Part shown: positions 1-10,902 of the stretch, one piece after another
Numbering within the stretch: position 1 is the first letter of the stretch
Layout: each line of letters opens with the position of its first letter
From: Mustelus asterias
Taxonomy: Eukaryota
DNA: 64,000 nucleotides
Assembly: GCF_964213995.1 (NCBI RefSeq)
Contig: NC_135830.1
Coordinates: forward strand, 7,378,001-7,442,000
Direction: 5' to 3'
Program-made: the position numbers and the translations under genes
The notes under the pieces: generated by a model
The model's input: only the letters and a program-made list of their open reading frames with translations
What the model was told of the DNA's origin: nothing
Database searches by the model: none

Positions 1-104
1 CCCTCCGTAACTAAATCTTCTTGCTCATTAATCTAAAATGTCTGTCTCCTCCCCACAACTTACTTCACCATCTAACTTGTTACCGGAATCTCAAACGAAA
101 CCTC

Positions 105-168
105 AGGCTCCAGCGAGAATTTGACTCGCGACCATTGGTTTACAAAAAAAAAGTGCTGTAATGAAGCC
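105..168 (-). pseudogene. tRNA-Thr(TGT) pseudogene
   Basis: Reverse complement matches the 3' two-thirds of vertebrate Thr-TGT (TGTAAACCA..GTCGCGAGTC.AATTCTCGCTGGAGCCT); D arm deleted or degenerate. Confidence 0.7.
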
Positions 169-570
169 AACTACTTGGGAAGATCAGAAAGTTTACCATA
201 AACTGTGGAGTGAGGAGCAGGCTGAATTTTTGTTGCTTGATATTTGATGGGTGTGGAAATATCTGAGATGTAGAACAGGAAGTTAAAATAATGTGACTTG
301 AGAGCGGCAGATTTGGTCATGTATCAGATCCTTGAGTGAACAATGTTTGGGCCATGTGATTTATCGTCTGAGCTTGATGTTGTTGTTACATCTCTGACTT
401 TTCCAAGTCTGATACAAGATATCCAGCTGGAAGGTGAGTCTTGTTTTGCCCTTCACAGTCACTCACTGAAAACAGAAAATGCTGATTACGCGCAGCCACG
501 CAATTGATGCTTAATGACGAATGCAAATCATACTGAAATCGGAGCTATTCTGAAACTGAAGCATTGGAAG

Positions 571-645
571 TGCTCCTGTCGGGTTTCCGAAACAGAATTT
601 TTCGCGTGCGAGGCGAATTTGATAACCACTACACTGCACATAAAC
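571..645 (-). pseudogene. tRNA-Val-derived pseudogene
   Basis: Reverse complement contains GTGTAGTGGTTATCA..TTCGCCTCGCACGCGAAA; T arm and acceptor stem disrupted. Confidence 0.7.
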
Positions 646-1408
646 GATGACGGGTTTTGAACTAGCGGATCTACTTTGCTGGAGGAGGAACGAAGCTGGT
701 TCCACAAGCCTATCAATTGCCCACAGCAATTCATATTTGCATTGCCTCTGCTCGTTCCTCCTGTCAAAATGAATAATGCTACATTCTACTGCATGATTTT
801 TTAGTGATTACATGTTCGATTAATGACGTTAAAAGTAATGACGTTTAAAGTAAAGTGTAGAGTAACTGTTACATTGGACCTGCATTGGACTTAATAGCTT
901 AGAAACTGGTAATCGTGTCCGAGTGATTAACGCGATCGAGTTAAAATCCATTGGGATTTCCCGCTTTTCATTATTCCTGCTTTTACTTGTATGTCTACAG
1001 AGTGAATTAAATCAAATCCATGCAAAAACTCGGGCGTGGTCCCATTTCCGTTAATTCACAGAAATATTCACGGATGCTGCAGCCGGAACTGGAACACCAT
1101 CAGAACCACGTTAGTGTCAGGCTTGTTTTCATTGTGTTTGTCTCTCCTCAGGCCCCTGTCTCTCGGGTGTGTGTATTTGCTTCGTTTTCTATGTGTCTCT
1201 ATGTGCTTCAGTTCCCGATGGGAACGAACAGCTGTTACCGTCACAAAATGATTCATATTCGTTCAAAAGTTGAATCTTGAAATGTTACAGAGAAAAGATC
1301 AGAATGAAAGATGTAAAGGAGTTTGTAATGTTTGAAGGAACTGCAGCTAAGAAGTAGAAGATTTGAGTGATGTTATTGATGATTGAGAGGAACGCGTTGT
1401 AACCTTGG

Positions 1409-1650
1409 GGATAAAAGCAAATTGCTGCGGATGCTGGAATCTGAAACCAAAAGGGGAAATGCTGGAAAATCTCAGCAGGTCTGGCAACATCTGTAAGGAG
1501 AGAAATGTGCTGACGTTTCGAGTCCAGATTACCCTTTTCAAAGCTGACATTTCAAATTGAGCTTTGGAAAAGTGACATCAGGACTCGAAACTTCAGCTCC
1601 TTTCTCATTCTGGCAGACCTGCTGGGATTTTCCAGCATTTTCTCTTTTGG
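1409..1650. mobile_element. Palindromic non-autonomous repeat (family B), probably Penelope-derived, with hammerhead-like motifs
   Basis: Arms AAATGCTGGAAAATCTCAGCAGGTCTG / CAGACCTGCTGGGATTTTCCAGCATTT are inverted; related copies near 15272, 31635, 43490, 53758 and 62767. Confidence 0.6.
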
Positions 1651-1776
1651 TAACCATGGGGATGCTGTTGGTCCGTTAATTGTAAACTTTGTAATCAGAA
1701 CAAACTGAGACACCAGATTCGAACAACATTTGGGTTCATGCATATTAAGAGTCGGACGAAGGTTATCACAGCAGTA

Positions 1777-1847
1777 GCCTGGCTATCTTAGTCGGTTGCA
1801 TAACAGATGTAATTTCAGAGCCTTGGGTTCAAGCCCAACGTTGGGCG
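1777..1847 (+). pseudogene. tRNA-Lys(CTT) pseudogene
   Basis: GCCTGGCTATCTTAGTCGG...GGGTTCAAGCCCAACGTTGGGCG; anticodon arm destroyed. Confidence 0.7.
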
Positions 1848-2348
1848 CCATAGTTTTTAAACTTTGCTGATTTCCTGGTTAAATTCCAGCTCTCCATTCC
1901 TCCGGCAGTGACACCACTCAAACTGAGACTTTCTCCATCCCGCGTTGTTCATCTCACAATGACGGATTTCTGAATAAAAACTGTTTGCAATCAGTAGAAG
2001 TCAAATAGTTTAGTGTTTCATTCAGAGAGAAGTTTTCTAGAAGTCATTTAGCCCGAGATTTTTATCCAGAAATAAGTGATATTTCTGTCAATGTAAACGG
2101 TTAAACCTGACCTATTACCACCCGGATTTTAGCTTGTATCACCATCTCCATCGTCAGCGCTTTGCAGCCTATCACTGCCTTTGACTATCTGTGTTTGATC
2201 TCAGCCTGTCACCCATGTAAAATGTCCAACTCGGAAACAAAACTACAAATCTCTCTGCACTGATTCTGGCAGAGGTGCTTTGGAAGAGGAAGTATTGCTG
2301 GCTTGCTTATTTTTTTAAATCTGAATATATCGAAGGCAGTCTGCGACC

Positions 2349-2386
2349 CTGAAAGCGCCGAATCCTAACCACGAGACCACCAGGAT
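2349..2386 (-). pseudogene. tRNA-Glu(TTC) 5'-half remnant
   Basis: Reverse complement TCCTGGTGGTCTCGTGGTTAGGATTCGGCGCTTTCA; paralogous remnants near 35160 and 46858. Confidence 0.65.
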
Positions 2387-2795
2387 CTCATCTGCCTGAT
2401 TCTCCCAGATACTGATTACAGCAACGTGCACAGCGCCAGTTATCCACAGACACAAACTCCTTCTTGTCTGTTAAGATTTGAAATTGTTGATATTTTCACA
2501 CTGGCTTCCATTGTGACGAAAACAGAGCTGTGTTAAGCTGATGTTGTTCAGTACATTTACCGCAGTAAGGTTCATATCAGTTCGATGCTAACATTGCTCT
2601 TTGAATGTGGTGAGCTACAGTGAAATTTAATGCGGTTGAAGGTAGCTTACACATTTTGACAGAATGAACCAGCAAGGGCACTGTGAACATGGATTGCTTT
2701 GGGAATTGACGGGATTGTGAGTGGGACTGATATTTCTCCCTGCTGTTCAAATTGGCACAGGTATTGAACGAACATTGTCAGACTGCCCAGTGCTG

Positions 2796-2867
2796 GGTTC
2801 CGTGGTGTAATGGTGAGCACTCTGGGCTCTAAATCCAGCGATCCGAGTTCAAATCTCGGCGGAACCT
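2796..2867 (+). tRNA. tRNA-Gln-derived gene with CTA anticodon (putative amber suppressor)
   Basis: 72 nt; acceptor GGTTCCG/CGGAACC 7/7 paired; anticodon stem CTGGG/TCCAG with loop CT-CTA-AA (2829-2831); T arm CCGAG-TTCAAAT-CTCGG; A and B boxes intact. Confidence 0.8.
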
Positions 2868-3542
2868 TGCTTTAATTTGTCAATGCAGATGATTGATATG
2901 TTAAAAAGCATTTCGCTTAATTTTCTCACAAAATCAGAATCGAGAGAACAATTTGTCAGCCAGTTCAATTGCGAAGACAGTGCAAATTGCTGAGCCGCTG
3001 GCGCCAGATGCCTGCAATGTCAGTGCTTTTCATCTTTTATCTACAGTTTAAATCATCTGTTGGAAGTAAGAAGCAGTTGGTGTCACAAAATAACAGTGCG
3101 ACTGGAGTCTGGTAATTATTGAGCTAGTGTGTGTGTGTGTATGTTTGAAAGAGAGAATGCGTGTGTGTGAAGGTGTGTGTGTGTGTGTGTGTTTTGGGAG
3201 AAAAGTGTAGTGCCTTGGCTCAGAGTGCTGTCAATTCCATGGTGTAACGGATCGCACTCTGGCCTGTCGCCTCCGAAGTCTAGTTTAAGTTGGGACAGAT
3301 GAGTGAGTGAATGACACGACACATGAAGGTGGACCCCCCTGCCCACTGTGGCTTCCGTGTCTCTCAGCGCTTTGTATTCTTGAGGAAAAGTCCTTTGGAT
3401 CTGATGCAATGACGCCAAGAGAGTCATTCGCTGCATCGTCTGCAATGTGATTGCGGTGGAATTCGCTAAGATTTTCTCAGTGGTTAGACTTCCACTTTCT
3501 GAGAATTTGAAATAAAATGCCCTTCAGCAAAAAAAAAGCAAT

Positions 3543-3612
3543 GCGCTGGCGGGATTGAACTCGGATTGTTGGATTCAAGGTTCAGAGTCCTCACCGGTAA
3601 ACCACGGATCCC
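3543..3612 (-). pseudogene. tRNA-Gln(TTG) pseudogene
   Basis: Degenerate reverse complement of tRNA-Gln with CTTGAATCCA anticodon region. Confidence 0.6.
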
Positions 3613-3826
3613 GAAACGCGCCCACAAGCTGCAAATGATCACTCGAAGAATTTGACCTCTTTCATTCGATGTGGCAGCAACAGCAAGTGCAACAGAAACG
3701 CCTCACTCTGCGAAGACACAGTCCCCCAGTTCGACATCAAGTCATTTCCTTCGCAAGCCGTATCGGGAGATAGCAGCAGAAATAGTCATGTCTCACAGGT
3801 CATTTGCAGCGCTTTGTTGTATCCTG

Positions 3827-3898
3827 GGTTCCGTGGTGTAACGGTAAGCACTCTGGACTTTGAATCCAACGATCTGTGTTCAAACTTCAGCGAGGCCG
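3827..3898 (+). pseudogene. tRNA-Gln(TTG) pseudogene
   Basis: GGTTCCGTGGTGTAACGGTAAGCACTCTGGACTTTGAATCCAAC; T stem and 3' acceptor strand mismatched. Confidence 0.75.
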
Positions 3899-4220
3899 TC
3901 CCTTTCTTTACCAATAATGATGATTGCTTTGCGGAAGAGCATTTCATTTAAATTTTTCACAAAGTGTGAATCGAGAGGACAATTTGTCAGCCAGTTCAAC
4001 TGCTATTTCAATGCACATTGTTGATGCTCCGGCGCCAGGTGCTTGCAACATCTGTGTTTTTCTCCCTTACTTTTCGCTACTCTTTAAAGCTTTGTCGAAA
4101 CAAAGGAGCAGTTGGTGCCAAACAACAACAATCCTTCGAAAGTAGTCTGGCAATTATTGAGAAAGAGTGTGCAAGTGATATCTGGGTGAAAGGTTTCCTG
4201 CCTTAAACATGCGCCATGTT

Positions 4221-4291
4221 GGTTCCATGGTGTAACGGTTAGCACTCTGGTTTCTTAATCCAGCAATCCGAGTTTGAATCTCGGGGAACCA
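4221..4291 (+). pseudogene. tRNA-Gln-derived pseudogene with CTT at the anticodon position
   Basis: Gln body; loop TT-CTT-AA, T-T mismatch at the stem base, TTTGAAT T loop, 1-nt deletion in the acceptor stem. Confidence 0.7.
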
Positions 4292-4382
4292 GTATGCTCA
4301 TCATCCCAACTCTTGTTTAACTTGGGACAAGTGATTCAATGAATGGTTTTGCTAGGGGAACCCTGACCTATGTGGCTTTTCT

Positions 4383-4694
4383 GGCACGGTGGCACAGTGG
4401 TTAGCACTGCTGCCTCACAGTGCCAGGAACCGGGGTTCAGTTCTGTCTTCGGGTGTCTGTCTATGTGCAGTTTGCACTTTCTCCCCTTGTGGAAGGAAAA
4501 CGAGCACCCGGCGGACAATCCAATGATGTGCGGCTTCGGGTGATTGGCCATGCTAAATTGTCCATAGCATCAGAGGGACGAACAGGGCAAATACGTGGGG
4601 TTACGGGGATCGAGCCTGGGTGGGATTGTTGCCGGTGCAGGCTCGATGGACCGAATGGCTCCCGTCTGCACAGGAGGGATTCAATGATTCTGTG
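4383..4694 (+). mobile_element. tRNA-headed SINE (HE1/V-SINE-like)
   Basis: Head GGCACGGTGGCACAGTGGTTAGCACTGCTGCCTCACAG; body GATTGGCCATGCTAAATTG; CR1-like tail. Confidence 0.85.
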
Positions 4695-4858
4695 TCTGAG
4701 CGTTTTGTATTCTTGAGCAATCGTTCTCTCGGGTTGAGGCAATGACACCAGCAGAATCATTCGCTGCATCGTCTGCAGTGTTTAAAATACCACTTTCTGA
4801 GAATTTTAAATAAAATGCCCTTCAGCAAACCCTTCATCGGCTTTGGCAAAGAAAAGCA

Positions 4859-4930
4859 AGGTTACACCGAGATCTAAATTCGGATCGCTGGATTCAGAGT
4901 CCAGAGTGCTCGCCATTACACCACAGATCC
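4859..4930 (-). pseudogene. tRNA-Gln(CTG) probable pseudogene
   Basis: Anticodon arm CTGGA-CTCTGAA-TCCAG intact; B box mutated (ATTTAGAT); acceptor stem mismatched. Confidence 0.75.
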
Positions 4931-5809
4931 AGGAGCACAGCAGTCAGCTGCAAATGGTCACTCAAAGCATGTGACCTCTTTCATTCAATATGGCAGCAAC
5001 ACCAAGTGGGTGAAATGCTTTGAGTGAGAATTAGCATCTGGCTGCTCTGTTCTATGTGCTCTGGTCGAATGGTGAGCACTCTGGATCCAGAGGCGGATTC
5101 TTGATTTCTTTCCAAAAGCTGATGATTGGTTTACTGAAGGAAATTTCGTTTAAATTTTTCACCAAGTACGAAGCGAGAGGACAAATTGTCAGCCAGTTTA
5201 ACTTCTATTACATTGCACATTGCTGAGCCTCTGGCGACAGATGCCTGCAACATCAGTGTTTTTTAAAGTCTTTTCTCTTCTCTTTAACTCGTCTGTTCAA
5301 AGAAAGGGGCAGCTGATGTCACATAACAACAACCATTCAACTGGAGACAGACAATTATTGTGCAAGTGTGTGTGTGTGTCTGAGTTGGAAGAATGGTCTA
5401 GTGTTTTAGGTCAGAGTGCTGTCGTTTCCATGGTGTAACGGTTAGCACTCTGGACTGTCGCCGTCCCACCTCTTATGTAAATTGGGACAGATAAGTGAGT
5501 CAATAACATCTGTAGGTGGACCCCCTGCTTTCTGTGGCACCTCTGCCTCTGAGCCCTTTGTATTCTTGAGCAATCGTCCTCTGGGGATGATGCAATGGCG
5601 CCAGGAGACACATTCACTGCATCGTCTGCAATGTATTTGCGGTGGAATTTGCTGAAAACATTTCAATGTTCCGAATTCCACTTTCTGAGCCTTTGAAATA
5701 AAATGTCGGCTTCAGCAAAGAAAAGCAAGGTTTCACCAAGATTTGAACTCAGATCGTTGGCTTCAGTGTCCAGAAAGAGTCATTTTTCACAGGGGCAAAT
5801 GCCCAGTCA

Positions 5810-6490
5810 TAAATCACACAGAAACGTCCCTTCGGCCCATCGCGTCCCCACCAGTCAAAATCGTCTCTCAATTCTAATCCCATGTTCCAGCACTTGGTCC
5901 AGTGCCGTATGTGCTTTAGCTTCACAGTGCATATCGGAATATGTCTTCAATGTTAAGAAGGTCTCTGCCCCGCCATCCTTTCAGCTAGTGATTTCCAGCC
6001 TCCCATCACCCTCTGGGGGAAAAGTTGTTTTCATCGCATCCCCACTAAACCTCGTGCCAATTACATCAAATCTTCACTCCTAGTCATTGGTCTCTCCACC
6101 AAATGGAAAAGTTGATTCCTGTGTACTCTCGCCATGGTCCTTATAATTAACAGGGACATGGAAACAGTGGACAAGGAACAGCTGTTCCTCTGAGCTGAAT
6201 GGTCAGCCACAAGAGGACACGGGGTTAAGATGAGGCATAGGATGGATCTGAGGATTTCCTTTCTTAACCAGAGGGTGGTGACGGTTTGAAATCCGCTGCA
6301 TGGGAGGCTGTAGAGGCGGATTGCTTCACATCCTTTAAGAAGTATCTGGATGAGCACTTGACACACCATAACATTCAGGGCTATGGTCCAATGCTGGCAG
6401 ATGGGATTAGGTGGCAGTTCGGGTGTTTCTAATGTGGTGGTGTGGACTCGATCGGCCAAAGGGCCTCCTCTGCGCTGTATTATTCGATGA
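5810..6490. mobile_element. Two degenerate CR1 LINE 3' fragments in opposite orientation
   Basis: Minus copy ~5810-6140 and plus copy ~6140-6490 (CAGAGGGTGGTGACGGTTTG, RGH/QRVV-type tail). Confidence 0.7.
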
Positions 6491-6520
6491 TACTAAGAAA
6501 TCCCGGGTCAGAACCAGCCC

Positions 6521-6629
6521 TGGTGTGAATCCGATCACAACCGTGAAGTATTTGAATGGTCCTTCCCCAGTGTGACTCTGCTATTGTATCAGTGAATGGG
6601 ATGACCGAGTGAATCCCTTTTCACTGTCA
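6521..6629 (-). pseudogene. C2H2 zinc-finger gene relic
   Basis: Minus frame reads DSEKGFTRSSHSLIQ*QSHTGEGPF, matching a decayed CGKGFxxSSxLxxHQRxHTGExPF finger with its linker. Confidence 0.6.
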
Positions 6630-7864
6630 GCTGCTAATGACCTTATTCACACTTTGATTTTACCAGTCAGTTTTCAGCTCACAGGGGGATCTCAGAGCTT
6701 TCTTTGCAATAATTCCTTATTGCGGGAACTCACCAATTAAACACAGTTATCCTGCTGCAGATGATTTACATTGCAATAAAAGCAGTAAATCCTGGAACTT
6801 TCAGCCAATCTGAGTGCGTCTGTGAAGAGCGAAACAGTGTTTACATTTCCAGTCTATGTTCTTTCATTGGAATTGCATTGTGTCTCTGCGCAACTCGATT
6901 GGCTCTGTTTATCAATACACTGAAGCTGTCACTGAAAACTACCCCCCTCCGCCCCTCCCCCTCCCCACACCTAACCCCCCCCCCCCCCACGCCACCGCCC
7001 CCCCCCCCCCCCGCCGCCCCCCCCTCCCCCCCGCCCAACTTCACTGGGAGTAAATGGAAAACGTTTATCATTGCAGCCGAACAAATATTCCTTTATGGGA
7101 TATTCCATCAACATCTGATGGGACAGAGGGGACATCAGTTTAAAATATCCGTCAGTGCAGGAAACTCTCAGTTATTGCGGGAGTTTTAACCTATATTGTT
7201 GTGTTCAAGTGGCAGTAATACAATTTGGCCGAATGACATTCCAAAATCGTTACCAACAGAGTCACAGGAAATTAAACTATTGAATGTAACAGAATTAATG
7301 GCAGGATTAGAGGGAGTGGTTCAGTAATGCATTTCACCCAGGCGGTGGCTTATAGAACTCACAGCCTGAGCTGTGATGAGGCAGAACCCTCCATTGGTTT
7401 TAAAAATAGAATACTTGGAAAAATAGTTGTGGTCCTGTAACCGACGGAGATGCAGAGAAACAGATACAATGTGGGATAAAACTGGAAGAAATTAGAGATT
7501 TAATGGTTTACAAACAAAAACAGAGTCAAGGAAAACAGATGATGAGAGGAGGAAAGATCAAACGTCCTTACGATAAAATGAAAGGCTGGAGTGATTGAAT
7601 GACAACGGGAATCATTATTGTTTCCACTGACACAATATCCCAGATTTGGTTTCAAATTTGGCGCAAAATTAGAAGAATCCTTCTCGCTGAATAAAGCACT
7701 AAACTCGTCGACTTGCAGGGCAACAGAGATAACTTTAAAGCAGAAAGCAATAAATGTGATGTGAACAAAGTGGGATGGAGAAAGTCTCAGTTTCAGCGTT
7801 GACACTGCCGGGGGAAAGTGGAGCTGGAGTTCACCCAGGAAAGCAGCAAAGTTTAAAAGTAATG

Positions 7865-7930
7865 ACACCTAACTGGGGCTCAAACCCTGAAATTAAAGCT
7901 TCATGTTTTACCGACTGAGCTAGCCAGGAA
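7865..7930 (-). pseudogene. tRNA-Lys pseudogene
   Basis: CCGACTGAGCTAGCCAGG is the reverse complement of the Lys 5' end; flanks are paralogous to the intact Lys at 40384. Confidence 0.7.
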
Positions 7931-8445
7931 CATGGAAGAAGCGGCACTCCATATCCTAAAATATGTGAAGACTAGCCTGTTTTTTGTCCATTTGTTGTCT
8001 CAGTTTATTCTGATTAAAAAGTTTACAATTAATCGACCGACATAATCCCCAAGGTTTCAATGTATTCCTCTCAATCATCAATAATTTCATTCACATCCTC
8101 CACTTCTTAGTTTCATCTCCATCCTAACAAAGCAAACTCCTCTTACATGTTTCACCTTAATATTTTTGTTCCAAGTACCCCGGCTGGGTGGAATCAACGT
8201 CTTGGTATGTACACTGTAAAACTGTCTCCCAGTTTCAGAATTTATAATCAGATTACTTCTGGTTATTCTGAACTATAGAAAGAACAGACTCATCCCACTG
8301 AATGTCTCCTCCCTGGACAACTGCCTCATCACAGAAATCAATCCAGGGAATTTAGCTCACACAGACACAGCAGGAAAAAACAGCAAAAAATGAACAGTGC
8401 GAGATGCACAGACAGAGAGACTGAGGGGAGAAAACAATGGGACCG

Positions 8446-8680
8446 TTAGAATCTTAGAATCTTAGAATCCCGACAGCACAGAAAGAGGCCATTCGGCCCA
8501 TCGAGTCTGCACCGACCACAATCCCATCCAGGCTCTACCCCCATATCCCTACATATTTTACCCACTAATCCCTCTAACCTACGCATCCCAGGAGACTAAG
8601 GGCAATTTTTAGCTTGGCCAATCAACCTAACGCGCACATCTTTGGACTGTGGGGGGAAACCGGAGCACCCTGAGGAAACA
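8446..8680 (-). mobile_element. HE1-like SINE, 3' part
   Basis: (TTAGAATC)n tail plus reverse complement of the SINE body. Confidence 0.8.
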
Positions 8681-9172
8681 TCGAGACAAAGTGAGACAGA
8701 TAGTGACAGAGATTGGGATGGACACACAACCCACGAATGAACAATAATAAACACACAGCCAGCTGTCCGAATTACAAGCATAGAGTCATGGAAGTTTACA
8801 GCATGGAAACAGGCCCTTCGCCCCACATTGTCCATGCCGCCACGTTTTTAAACACTAAACTAGTCCCAATTGCCTGTGTTGGGCCCATATTCCTCTATAA
8901 CCATCTTACCCATTTAACTGTCTAAACATTTTATAAAAGACAAACCTGTACCCCCCTCTCCTACGACATCTGGCAGCTTGGTCCAGACACTCACCATCCT
9001 CCGTGTGAAAACATTGCCCATCTGGGCACTTTGTATCTCTCCCCTCTCACCTTAAACCTATGCCCTCCAGTTTTAGACTCCCCTGCCTTTGGGGAAAATA
9101 TTGACTATCCAGCTGATCTATGCCCCTCATTATTTTATAGACCTCTATAAGAACAACCTCAGTCTTCAACTA

Positions 9173-10902
9173 GGGTGGCACGGTAGCACAGTGGTTAGCA
9201 GTGCTGCTTCACACCTCCTGCGACCTGGGTTCGATTCCCGGCTTGGGTCACTGGATAAAGAACAATACAGCACAGGAATAGGCCCTCCAAGCCCGCGCCG
9301 CTCCCTGGTCCAAACTGGACCATTCTTTTGTATCCCTCCATTCCCACTCCGTTCATATGGCTTTCTGGATCAGTCTTCAACGTTCCCAGTGTGTCCGCCT
9401 CCACCACCTTGCCTGGCAGCGCATTCCAGGCCCCCACCACCCTCTGTGTAAAATATGTCCGTCTGATATCTGTGTTAAACCTCCCCCCCTTCACCTTGAA
9501 CCCATGACCCCTCGTGAACGTCACCACCGACCTGGGGAAAAGCTTCCCACCGTTCACCCTATCTATGCCTTTCATAATTTTATACACCTCTATTAAGTCT
9601 CCCCTCATCCTCCGTCTTTCCAGGGAGAACAACCCCAGTTTACCCAATCTCTCCTCATAACTAAGCCCCTCCATACCAGGTAACATCCTGGTAAACCTCC
9701 TCTGTACTCTCTCCAAAGCCTCCACGTCCTTCTGGTAGTGTGGTGACCAGAACTGGACGCAGTATTCCAGATGCGGCCGAACCAACGTTCTATACATCTG
9801 CAACATCAGACCCCAACTTTTATACTCTATGCCCAGTCCTATAAAGGCAAGCATGCCATATGCCTTCTTCACCACCTTCTCCACCTGTGACGTCACTTCC
9901 AAGGATCTGTGGACTTGCAGACCCAGGTCCCTCTGCGTATCTACACCCTTTATGGTTCTGCCATTTATCATATAGCTCCTCCCTACATTATTTATACCAA
10001 AATGCATCACTTCGCATTCATCAGGATTGAACTCCATCTGCCATTTCTTTGCCCAAATTTCCAGCCTATCTATATCCTTCTGTAGCTTCTGACAATGCTC
10101 CTTACTATCTGCAACTCCTGCCAATTTTGTGTCGTCCGCAAACTTACTGATCACCCCAGTTACACCTTCTTCCAGATCATTTATATAAATCACAAACAGC
10201 AGAGGTCCCAATACAGAGCCCTGCGGAACACCACTAGTCACAGGCCTCCAGCTGGAAAAAGACCCTTCCACTACCACCCTCTGTCTTCTGTGACCAAGCC
10301 AGTTCTCCACCCATCTAGCCACCTCCCCCTTTATCCCATGAGATCCAACCTTTTTCACCAGCCTACCATGAGGGACTTTGTCAAACGCTTTACTAACGTC
10401 CATATAGACGACATCCACGGCCCTTCCCTCGTCAACCATTTTGGTCACTTCTTCAAAAAACTCCACCAGGTTAGTGAGGCATGACCTCCCTCTCACAAAA
10501 CCATGCTGGCTATCGTTAATGAGTTTATTCCTTTCTAAATGTGCATACATCCTATCTCTAACAATCTTCTCCAACAACTTCCCCACCACGGACGTCAAGC
10601 TCACCGGCCTATAATTACCCGGGTTATCCTCCCTACCCTTCTTAAATAACGGGACCTGTGTGGAGTTTGCACATTCTCCTCGTGTTTGCGTGGGTTTCCT
10701 CCGGGTGCTCTGGTTTCCTCCCACAGTCCAAAGATGGGCGGGTTAGGTTGATTGGCCATGCTAAAAATTGCCCTTAGTGTCCTGAGATGCGTAGGTTGGA
10801 GGGATTAGTGGGTGGATATGGGGGTAGGGCCTGGGTGGGATTGTTGGCGGTGCAGACTCGATGGGCCGAATGGCCTCTTTCTGTACTGTAGGGATTCTAT
10901 GA
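9173..10902 (+). mobile_element. HE1-like SINE split by a CR1 insertion (parts 9173-9253 and 10656-10902)
   Basis: GCTTGGGTCACTG | CTGTGTGGAGTTTGCAC rejoin to the contiguous SINE sequence seen at 27961-27990. Confidence 0.85.
9254..10655 (-). mobile_element. Young 5'-truncated CR1 LINE with uninterrupted RT frame
   Basis: [32 protein letters not shown] and FADD motifs with no stop codons. Confidence 0.95.

Larger units (their letters stand above)
2790..5780. repeat. About 1-kb tandem triplication carrying tRNA-Gln copies in both orientations
   Basis: Flanks such as GAGGACAATTTGTCAGCCAGTT (~2945, ~3975, ~5177) and CATTCGCTGCATCGTCTGCA (~3425, ~4759, ~5611) recur. Confidence 0.8.

Noticed and set aside
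345-445. Possible C/D snoRNA or small exon (TGTGAT..CTGA; AAG|GTGAGT)
   Set aside because: No terminal stem or recognisable guide; the CTGATACAAG..CCAGCTGGAAG part is a decayed repeat also seen near 15715 and 44015
652-720. J-segment-like reading IYFAGGGTKLV preceded by a nonamer-like GGTTTTGA
   Set aside because: No heptamer, the FGxG spacing is wrong, there is no splice donor, and the stretch is partly paralogous to the upstream flank of the Val pseudogene near 31510
6940-7040. Proline-rich ORFs and G-quadruplex-like C/G runs (also ~18010, 19300, 26180 and 63660)
   Set aside because: Low-complexity homopolymer tracts, prone to sequencing error, with no coding or conservation evidence
9174-9245. 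tRNA-like sequences with A and B boxes (also at 4383 and 27851)
   Set aside because: These are SINE heads continuous with SINE bodies, not tRNA genes
9195-10724. 509-aa ORF as a host gene
   Set aside because: CR1 reverse transcriptase fragment fused in frame to antisense SINE sequence
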